The notes under the pieces: generated by a model
What the model saw: the letters and a program-made list of their open reading frames with translations, nothing else
What the model was told of the DNA's origin: nothing
Database searches by the model: none
Shown here: in pieces, positions 1 to 7,918 of the stretch
Layout: each line of letters begins with the position of its first letter
Numbering within the stretch: the first letter of the stretch is position 1
Assembly (NCBI GenBank): GCA_963794705.1
Contig: CAWCFI010000003.1
Span: forward strand, 859,187 to 923,186
Length of the DNA: 64,000 nucleotides
Origin: an uncultured Acidobacteriota bacterium
GTDB taxonomy: Bacteria > Acidobacteriota > Vicinamibacteria > Vicinamibacterales > CAVVIG01
Direction of reading: 5' to 3'
Made by a program: the position numbers and the translations under genes

Positions 1-132
1 CGCCAGATCCAGGCCGGGCGTCGTGAGCGAGATCTCGCTCGCGCGACGCAGCTTGGATCCGCTTTTACCGGCGGGGCCGACCGCCTGGTACAACGCGACC
101 GGCGTCCGAGGGGCTCGACTGGCTGAAGACAT
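1..132 (-). CDS. 5' end of an unidentified P-loop-like protein (partial, runs off the window)
   Basis: Minus-strand ATG at 130-132 opens MSSASRAPRTPVALYQAVGPAGKSGSKLRRASEISL with a Walker-A-like AVGPAGKS. Only 44 codons are visible, so it is absent from the ORF track. Confidence 0.2.
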   Translation of the reverse strand, partial: MSSASRAPRTPVALYQAVGPAGKSGSKLRRASEISLTTPGLDLA

Positions 133-187
133 CGAGCTAAGTGCTTCTATCCTCGACAAATATAGCACATCGCCCGCTTGTAACTGC

Positions 188-217
188 TTGCCACGTCGCA
201 AGTTCCTAGCCTAAAAT
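188..217 (+). promoter_or_regulatory. candidate sigma70-type promoter of the ppiD-like gene
   Basis: TTGCCA (188-193), 18 nt, TAAAAT (212-217) in the only AT-enriched stretch upstream. An AAGGTG SD-like element (228-233) lies 5 nt before ATG 239. Confidence 0.3.
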
Positions 218-238
218 GAACGTTTCCAAGGTGCCCCA

Positions 239-2221
239 ATGACCATGCTCGATCGGATGCGCCGCCACAGGGACTGGCTCAAGTGGAGCCTCGGCCTGGT
301 GTGCGTGGCGTTCGTCCTTTTCTACATTCCCGATTTCCTGCGCGGCAGCGGCGCCGACGCCGCCTCGGGCGACACCGTCGCCAAGGTCGAAGGCCGCGAG
401 ATTACCGGCGCCGACTTCCGCCGCACCTATCAAGCTCAGCTGCAGGCCTACCGCTCGGCGTACGGCGGCAACATGAGCGACCAGCTGCTCAAGCAGCTCG
501 GCATCGAGCAGCAGATCCTGCAGCAGATGGTCGACGAGCGCGCCGCGCTGGCCGAAGCCGAGCGGCTCGGCATCAAGGTGAGCGACGAAGAAGTGCGGCA
601 GCGGATCTTCGCGATGCCGGCCTTCCAGGAGAACGGCGGGTTCATCGGCGAAGCGCGCTACCAGCAGCTGCTCCGCATGCAGCGGCCGCCGCTGATCGCC
701 GTCCGAGTTCGAAGACAACATCCGCCACGGCCTCGCGGTCGAGAAGCTGCGCGGCTCGCTGACCGACTGGCTGTCGGTCAACGACAAGGATCTCGAGAAG
801 GAATACCGCCGCCGCAACGACAAGGTGAAGCTCGCCGTCGTCAGCTTCACCGCCGACAGCTTCCGCGCCGCAGGTGACCGCCAGCGACGCGGAGGTCGCC
901 AGCTACTTCGACGGCGCACAAGAACGACTTCAAGATTCCCGAGAAGCGCAAGATCCGCTACCTGCTGATCGACGTCGAAGCGCTGCGCGCGAAGACGGTC
1001 GTGCCGGCCGCCGACATCGAGCGCGAGTACAACAACAACAGCGAGCAGTACACGACGCCCGAGCAGGTGCGCGCCAGCCACATCCTGCTGAAGACCGAAG
1101 GCAAGGACGACGCGGCGGTGAAGGCGAAGGCGGAGGCGCTGCTCAAGCAGGCCAGAAGCCGGCGCCGACTTCGCCGAGCTGGCGAAGAAGAATTCCGAGG
1201 ACGAGGCCAGCGCGAAGAACGGCGGCGACCTCGACTACTTCGGCCGCGGCCGGATGGTGCCGGAGTTCGATCAGGCGGTGTTCGCGATGCAGCCCGGCGC
1301 GATCAGCGACCTGGTGAAGACGCCAGTACGGCTACCACATCATCAAGCTGGTCGACAAGAAGAACGCGACGACGCGGCCGCTCGCCGAGGTGCGGCAGCA
1401 GCTGACCGACCAGCTCGCCTACCAGCGCGCCCAGGCGCAGGCGGCCGATCTCGCGCAGAACCTCGAGAAGCAGATCACCAAGCCGGCCGATCTCGACAAG
1501 GTCGCCAAGGCGCAGGGGCTCACCGTCCAGGAGTCGGGCTTCTTCGCGCGCGACGAGCCGATTCTCGGGCTCGGGCCGTCGCCGGAAGCGGCCAACAAGG
1601 CGTTCGACATGAAGACCGAACGAGGTCGCCGGCCCGCTGCGCGCCTCGCGCGGCTTCGTGTTCGAGACGCTGGTCGCCAAGCAGGATCCCTACGTGCCGA
1701 AGGTCGATGAAGTGAAGGACCGCGTGCGCGAGGAGGTCGTCAAGCAGAAGGCGCGCGATCTGAGCAAGCAGAAGGCGGCGGAGCTCGCGGCGAAGCTGAA
1801 GTCGGCGCCCGACTTCGAGAAGGCGGCCAAGGCGGCCGGGCGTCGAGGCGAAGACGACCGAGCTGATCACGCCAGGACTCGCCGATTCCCGACCTCGGCG
1901 TCGCGCCGGCGGTCGAGGACGCGGCGTTCAAGCTGCGCGGTCGGCGCCGTCAGCGATCCGATCCCGACCGACAACGGCACCGCGGTGATCAAGGTGCTCG
2001 AGAAGAAGGCAGTGACGCCGGAAGAGTGGACCTCGTCGAAGGACCGCTTCCGCGAGGAGCTGCTGGCCGACCGCCGCAACCGCTTCTTCTCCGCCTACAT
2101 GGTGAAGGCGAAGCAGAAGATGAAGATCGAAGTCAACCGCGAAGTCGCTGCAGCGCGCGTCGTCGTAACCACGAAACTCACGAAGACACGAACGGCACGA
2201 AACTCACGAAGTAGATCTTGA
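239..2221 (+). pseudogene. ppiD: PpiD-like periplasmic chaperone / parvulin-type peptidyl-prolyl isomerase; frame broken by about nine +1 shifts as sequenced
   Basis: TM anchor WSLGLVCVAFVLFYI, a SurA_N-like region and the parvulin block ASHILLK..GGDLDYFGRGRMVPEFDQAVF..YGYHIIKL. The product can be followed through ORFs 239, 874, 1001, 1254, 1390 and 1658 by shifting frame near 695, 872, 915, 1152, 1323, 1618, 1840, 1871 and 1935. The true stop may be TAA 2166-2168. Confidence 0.8.
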
Positions 2222-2275
2222 GGATCTGTTTCGTGTTTTCGTGCCGTTCGTCTTTTGGTACGTCGTGTGTTTCGT
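2169..2275. terminator. long imperfect inverted repeat between convergent ppiD-like and sppA genes (bidirectional terminator candidate)
   Basis: The left arm is built of CACGAA-type 8-9-nt words (2169-2216), the loop is ttgag, and the right arm is GATCTGTTTCGTGTTTTCGTGCCGTTCGTC... (2222-2275). About 26 of the inner 30 nt are complementary. Confidence 0.5.
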
Positions 2276-2277
2276 GA

Positions 2278-4053
2278 TCAACGGACGAACGTGAACGGCA
2301 GCAGCGCCAGCGGCTCGCCGCGGCGGAACATCGCGAACGGGCCGCGCATGATCCGCAGCGCTTCGATCTCGCCGCTCGACAGGTTGGTGCTCAGCCAGGC
2401 ACTCATCGCCGCGGTCTGCGCCGATTCGCCTGACCCGCTGAACTGCTCCGACAGCAGCTCGTAGAAGCTCTTGCGCGGCGGATAGACGACCAGCTCCACG
2501 TCGCTGTCCGCGGCAATCTTGGCGCGCTGCTTGGCCACCGCGACCGCGCGATCCAGGCCGCCGAGCTCGTCCACCAGCCCGTTCTGCTTCGCCTGCCGTC
2601 CGGTCCACACCCGTCCCTGCGCCAGCGCGTCGATCTTTTCCGGCGTGCTGTGCCGCGACTCGGCGACCTTCTCGACGAACTGGTCGTAGAAGGACTGCAG
2701 CTGCTCCTGCAGCTTCGCCAGCTCCTCCGGGTTGTAGGGGCGGGCCGGCCCGTTGATCTCGGCGTGCTTGCCGATGCTGGTCGATTCGATCTTGGCGCCG
2801 AGCTTCTCGTAGACGCCGCCGGTGACGAACTTGCCGCCGAAGATGCCGATCGATCCGGTGAGCGTCGACGGCTGCGCGACGATCACCTGCGCCGGCATCG
2901 CGATGTAGTAGCCGCCCGACGCCGCCAGATCCGACATCGACACGATCAGCGGCCGATCGGCGCGCTCGGTCCTGGTGATCACCAGCTCGCGCCAGATCGC
3001 GTCGGAGGCGGACGCCGATCCGCCCGGGCTGTCGACGCGCAGGACGATCGCCTGCACCTGGGGATCGCGCCGCGCCTGGCGGATGTACTCGATCAGCGTG
3101 TCCGAGCCGGCGACCGCGCCGTTGACCGGGTCGTAGCCGCTCTTGCCGCCGTTGATGGTGCCGGTCGCATAGATCACGGCGATGCGGGGGCCCTTGTTCA
3201 GACCCAGCGAGGAGAGGCTGACGCGCGCGTAGTCGTCGCCCTCGAGATGGCGCCGCTGCTCGCCGGCGCGGAGCTTGTCGTCGACCTGGTCTTCGTAGGC
3301 AATTTCGTCAACCAGGCCGGCGCTGAGCGCGTCCTCGGGCAGGAACGGCCCATCGTCGATCAGCGCCCGCACGTCGGCCTCGTTCTTCTTGCGGCCGTCG
3401 GCGATGCCGCGCACGATCTGTTCGTAGAGATCGCGGTTCATCGACTCGTCCATCTCCTTGTGCGCGGCGGTGTAGCCTTTTTCCTTGAAGGTGTTGACCG
3501 CGGTCTTGTACTGGCCGATGCGATGGAGATCGGGATAGGCGCCGATCTTGTCGAGGGTGCCGCGCAGGAACAGCTCGTAGGTGGCGACGCCGACCAGGTC
3601 GAGCGGCGCCGAGGGCATCAGGAAAACCTTGTCGGCCGCGGTCGCGAGGTAGTACTCGCGGTCGCCGCCGTTCTCGAGATACGCATACACCGGCTTGCCG
3701 GACTTCTTGAAGTCGAGCACCGCGTCGCGCACTTCCTGCACCTTGGCCCAGAACGGCGACTCGAACCCGGTCGGCTTGAGCAGCACCGCCTTGACGCGGG
3801 GATCGACCTTCGCTTTGCGCAGGTCGTCCACGATCGCGCGGACCGTCGGCGTCCTGGAGCCGCGCAGGTAGCCGACCACGTCGGCCGGCGCGAGCTCGGT
3901 CAGCGAGCCGCCGACCCGCAGGATCAGCGTAGCGTTGGACGGCACCGCCGGCTCGCGGCCGAACAGGACATACATCAGCCCGAAGCCGACGATCGAGACG
4001 ACCAGCGCGAAGCCGAGCAGCGTAAAGAGGATTGCAAATCCACGGCGAGCCAT
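2278..4053 (-). CDS. sppA: signal peptide peptidase SppA, 67K type (protease IV)
   Basis: Two ClpP/crotonase-like halves and an N-terminal TM anchor (MARRGFAILFTLLGFALVVSIVGF). The ORF extends to 4098, but ATG 4053 gives the family-typical N-terminus and avoids overlap with the 4076 gene. Confidence 0.9.
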   Translation of the reverse strand: MARRGFAILFTLLGFALVVSIVGFGLMYVLFGREPAVPSNATLILRVGGSLTELAPADVVGYLRGSRTPTVRAIVDDLRKAKVDPRVKAVLLKPTGFESPFWAKVQEVRDAVLDFKKSGKPVYAYLENGGDREYYLATAADKVFLMPSAPLDLVGVATYELFLRGTLDKIGAYPDLHRIGQYKTAVNTFKEKGYTAAHKEMDESMNRDLYEQIVRGIADGRKKNEADVRALIDDGPFLPEDALSAGLVDEIAYEDQVDDKLRAGEQRRHLEGDDYARVSLSSLGLNKGPRIAVIYATGTINGGKSGYDPVNGAVAGSDTLIEYIRQARRDPQVQAIVLRVDSPGGSASASDAIWRELVITRTERADRPLIVSMSDLAASGGYYIAMPAQVIVAQPSTLTGSIGIFGGKFVTGGVYEKLGAKIESTSIGKHAEINGPARPYNPEELAKLQEQLQSFYDQFVEKVAESRHSTPEKIDALAQGRVWTGRQAKQNGLVDELGGLDRAVAVAKQRAKIAADSDVELVVYPPRKSFYELLSEQFSGSGESAQTAAMSAWLSTNLSSGEIEALRIMRGPFAMFRRGEPLALLPFTFVR

Positions 4054-4075
4054 GTAATCAGTATAGCCTTCCCCC
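4054..4075. promoter_or_regulatory. 22-bp divergent spacer with overlapping -10 boxes (leaderless-type) for sppA and the ADOP permease
   Basis: On minus, TATACT (4065-4060) lies 6 nt before ATG 4053. On plus, TATAGC (4062-4067) lies 8 nt before ATG 4076. There is no room for an SD. Confidence 0.4.
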
Positions 4076-6566
4076 ATGGAGACACTGCTCAAAGACATCC
4101 GCTACGCCGTGGCCATGATGCGGCGCAACAAGGGCTTCACCACGGCCGCGCTGTTGACGCTCGCGCTCGGCATCGGTGCGACGACGGCGGTGTTCTCGGT
4201 CGTCTACGGCGTGCTGCTGCGGCCACTGCCCTATCCGGCCGCCGAGCGGCTGGTGCGCCTCTCTGAAGAACATCCCGGCGGCAACTCCCCGCTGCGCACG
4301 CCGATGCTCAGCAACCTCACCTATTACGCCTGGGGTGAAGCCACTCGAACCGTCGACGCGTTCGCGGCCTACTCTTCCCGGCAGCTGACCGTGGCGCTTC
4401 CCGACGGCCCGGCCCGCCTGGATGGCACGGCGGTCACCCCAACACTCTTTCCGATGATTGGCGCGACACCGGCGCTCGGCAGATTTTTTCAGACGGACGA
4501 AGGCGCCCCCGGCGCTGACGCCGTGATGGTGCTGAGCGACCGCGGCTGGCGCGAGCGCTTCAATGCCGACCCGACCATCGTCGGCCGCGGCGTCAACGTC
4601 GACGGGCGGCCGTTCGTGATTGTCGGCGTCGCGCGGCCGGGATTCCAGTTTCCCGATCGCCAGACCTTGTACTGGACGCCGATGGCCGTGCGCCGGCCAT
4701 CGCCCGACGCCGTCGCCGGACGGTCCGGACAGATGAGCGTGCTCAACGCCGTCGCCCGCATTCGCCCGGGCGTGACGCTGATGCAGGCCGAAGCCGAAGG
4801 TACGACGGCCGCCCGGGCCACCGTCCGCCCGATGGCGGCGAACCTGCTCTTCGGCGTGGGCGGACCGCCGATCGTTCACGTGCGCGGGATGGTCGACGAG
4901 ATGACGGCTGGCATCCGTCCAGCCCTGCTCGTGTTGGCGGCGGGTGTGGGCTGCGTGCTGCTGATTGCGTGCGCCAACGTCGCGAATCTCTTTCTCGCGC
5001 GCGGCGTCGCGCGGCAGCGTGAGCTCACCGTGCGCGCCGCAATCGGCGCCAGCGCGTCGCGTCTGGCGCGGCAGCTGGTCACCGAAAGCCTGGTGCTGTC
5101 GCTGGCGGGGGGCGCACTGGGTCTCGCCCTCGCATGGGCGCTGATGAGGCTCGCCCAGGTCACCGCGGCGCACGACTTCCCCCGGCTCGACGCGATCCAG
5201 CTCGATGGCCCGGTGCTGGCGTTTACCGCGTGCACCTCGCTGTTCACCGCGATCGCGGCGGGTCTTGCGCCGGCGCTGCGCGGCAGCCGGTTCAACCTCG
5301 CCGAGTCGCTGCACGGCGGCGACGGCGCGTCGGCGGGCGGATTCCGCGGGCTGCGCGCCCGCCGGATGCGCGACGGCCTGCTCGCCGCGGAAGGCGCCTT
5401 CGCGGTGCTGCTGATCGTCGCCGCCACGCTGCTGGGGCGCAGCTTCGCGCGTCTGACCCACGTGGATGCCGGCTACACCGCGGATCGCGTGCTGGCGGCG
5501 CAGGTGTACGTGCCAGGCTACGACGCCGCGCCGCTCGCGACCCCGGGCAGCGTCGCCAAGGCCGAGCACATCGGCGCACTGATGTCGGCAATTCTCGCGC
5601 GCCTTCGCGCGACGCCCGGCGTCGTGTCGGCCGGCGCCGGCAACATGATGCCGCTCGACGGCGCCACGCAGATCGCGGGGTTCCCAGCGCCCTGGACGGC
5701 GCCTGGCGCGGCGCCGGCAACCGCACGGTCTCTCACCTACCAGGTCACGCCCGGTTACGCGGAGGCGCTTGCCCTGCGATTGCGGCGCGGGCGGTTGTTC
5801 GTCGACGCCGATCAGGCGAGCGGGACGCGGGCGTGGATCGTCAACGAAGAGTTCGCGCGCCAGTACCTGCCGCCTGATCCGCTTGGCTACCTGTTCGAGC
5901 AGAAGCTGGATACTGGCGCCGTCTCCAACGAAATCGTCGGCATCGTCGGCAACGTGCTGAAGGATGGCAACGACCGGAAACCGCAGGCGGAGGTGTACGT
6001 CATCCCGCGGGACAGCGGCCGGTTCTCAGGACGCTTCGAAATCGTGGTGCGCGCGTCGGACAACGCCCCGGCGCTGGCGCCCGGGGCTGCGCGCGCTGAT
6101 GCGGGAATTGGAGCCGACCGCGGCGGTCGAAACCGTCGCGCTTTCCCAGCGCGTGGCCGCCTCGGTCGATCAGCCGCGCTTCGCCGCCGCGGTGCTCGGC
6201 ACGTTCGCCATCCTCGCGCTCGCGCTCGCATCGGTCGGGCTGTTCGGCGTGCTGTCGTACAGCGTGTCGCAGCGGCGCCGCGAACTCGGCGTCCGCGCGG
6301 CGCTCGGCGCGGCGAAGGCGGACCTCGTGCGTTTAGTGGTGCGCGAGGGTCTCGGCGCGACGATGACCGGGCTCGCGGCGGGTCTGGTGGCCGCCATGTT
6401 TTTGACGCGGCTGATGCAGAGCGTGCTGTTCGGAGTCAGCCCACTGGATTTCGTGGCCTTCGCGGCGGCGCCGACGCTGCTGATCCCGATCGCGGTCGTG
6501 GCCTGCTGGCTTCCGGCCAGCCGGGCCGCCCAGACAGACCCGATTGAGGCGCTGCGCAGTGAGTGA
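4076..6566 (+). pseudogene. ADOP-family (acidobacterial duplicated orphan permease) MacB/FtsX-type ABC permease; one +1 frameshift as sequenced
   Basis: N-terminus [53 protein letters not shown], with two FtsX halves. The C-terminus continues in ORF 5964..6566 (..LRALMRELEPTAAVETVALSQRV..). The extra base sits in the G4 run at 6083-6086. Confidence 0.85.
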
Positions 6567-6608
6567 GGAGCGCGGCGCGGGTACACCCGTTGCAAGGTTG
6601 AGCGGTCA

Positions 6609-7377
6609 ATGAAACCGACATTGACGCGTCCTGTCCCTCTCGCTTTCGCTCGTCTTCGCCGCGCACTCCGCATTCGCGCAGACCCCCCCGGCCGATCCGC
6701 CGCCGCCGCCCCTGTGGGATGCACAGGTCGGCGCATCGTTTGTGGGCACGAGCGGCAACTCCGATGCCTCGTCGACGGGGGTCGATTTCAACGCGCATCG
6801 GCGCGGCGCGATCTGGAAGCTGGAATCGACGGCGACCGTGGTCCACAGCGCCAGCGACGGCGAGACGACCGCCGAGCGCTATCTCGCGATGTTCCGGGCG
6901 CAACGCACGCTGACGCCGCTCCTGGGGCTGGCGACCGGCGTCAAGCTGGAGCGCGATCAATTCGCCGGCCTCGACTTCCGCTCGATGCTCGACGTCGGGT
7001 TGAGTTGGGCGCTGGTGCATCATCCGGAATGGACGCTCGACGGCATCAGCAGCATCGCCTGGCTGCACGAATCACGCACGGACGGCACCGACGTGAACGA
7101 TCCGATCGGCATCCTGCAGTTGCTCAGCCGCATCCCGTTCGGCACCGCGGGCGACACCACGCAGCGCTTCACCTACTATCCCAATTTCAGCACGGCGTCG
7201 GCCTACCGATCCGAGGCGGAGATCACCGCGCAGGCGGCGATGAGCGCGCACCTCGCGTTGAAGATCGGATACCTGCTGCGCTACTCGAACGACCCGGTGC
7301 CGGGATTCAAGAAGACCGACAACACGACCACCGCGTCCGTGGTGCTGCGCTGGAAAGCGGCGACGCCGGCGCGCTAG
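6609..7377 (+). pseudogene. DUF481-family outer-membrane beta-barrel protein; one +1 frameshift in the signal peptide as sequenced
   Basis: MKPTLTR (frame of 6609) joins VLSLSLSLVFAAHSAFAQTPPADPPPPPLWDAQVGASFVGTSGNS (frame of 6742) if one base near 6626 is removed. The rest shows alternating beta-strand sequence. Confidence 0.65.
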
Positions 7378-7433
7378 ATTTCCGCGGTTCGGCTATACTG
7401 AGGTTTCGGCCTGCGAGGTTTTTCTCACCACTT

Positions 7434-7519
7434 GCGGAAGTGGCGGAACGGCAGACGCGCTAGCCTCAGGAGCTAGTTGGAGCAATCCAGTGGAGGTTCG
7501 AATCCTCTCTTCCGCACCA
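7434..7519 (+). tRNA. tRNA-Leu (anticodon CAG), class II with long variable arm, encoded CCA
   Basis: Hand-folded: 7-bp acceptor GCGGAAG/CTTCCGC, 3-bp D stem, anticodon stem CTAGC/GCTAG with loop CTCAGGA, variable stem TGGA/TCCA, T arm GGAGG-TTCGAAT-CCTCT, discriminator A plus CCA. Confidence 0.93.
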
Positions 7520-7578
7520 CTCGACTCGGCCCTTCGGGCCTCGCTCGTGGCAGGCCCGAAGGGCCGAGTCGAGTGGTG
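7515..7578 (+). terminator. 26-bp perfect inverted repeat starting inside the tRNA 3' end
   Basis: CACCACTCGACTCGGCCCTTCGGGCC (7515-7540), 12-nt loop, GGCCCGAAGGGCCGAGTCGAGTGGTG (7553-7578). Each arm also contains its own GGCCC-NNN-GGGCC mini-hairpin. Confidence 0.45.
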
Positions 7579-7628
7579 TCCCGAGCGAGCTTCCGTCCGA
7601 ACCGTCGAGCGAGCCGAGGGGCACCTCG

Positions 7629-7908
7629 ATGTTCTTCTGCTACATCCTCCGTTGCGCGGATAACACGTTTTACGTCGGCCACACCGACGATCTCAACTCC
7701 CGCATCGCTCTGCACAATTCGGGTTTTGGAGCGACTACACCGCCTCCCGACGCCCCGTTGTCCTCGCGCACTCCGAAACATTCACGACGCGAGAGCAAGC
7801 TCTCATGCGTGAGCGTCAGATCAAAAGATGGAGCGGTAAGAAGAAGGCCGCTCTCGTCGCCGGCGATCTTCAGACGTTGAAAGGGCTCAGCCGAAGACGT
7901 CGTCGATA
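7629..7908 (+). pseudogene. small GIY-YIG nuclease family protein (UPF0213/YhbQ-like); one +1 frameshift as sequenced
   Basis: [34 protein letters not shown] continues in the next frame as [42 protein letters not shown]... The shift is near 7728. GAGGGG SD lies 7 nt upstream. Confidence 0.75.
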
Positions 7909-7918
7909 GCGTCGCCGC

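Noticed and set aside
23-214. ORF 23..214 (+) as a small gene upstream of ppiD.
   Set aside because: It runs through the AT-rich promoter region, has no SD and no recognisable motif. It also overlaps a more plausible minus-strand gene start (ATG 130-132).
2650-4266. Long ORFs antisense to or overlapping confident genes (for example 2650..4266+, 4058..5569-, 17392..18939-, 28430..30055-, 37764..39920-, 45371..47335+, 55516..57003-, 56643..59021-).
   Set aside because: Their products are Arg/Ala/Gly/Pro-rich low-complexity strings with no recognisable motifs. Such stop-free shadow frames are expected opposite real genes in very GC-rich DNA, and the partner strand carries clearly recognisable proteins in every case.
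7434-7908. tRNA-Leu as the integration site of a genomic island.
   Set aside because: There is no integrase and no direct repeat of the tRNA 3' end downstream (only an inverted copy forming a hairpin). I see no obvious compositional shift, and the following genes are ordinary chromosomal ones.
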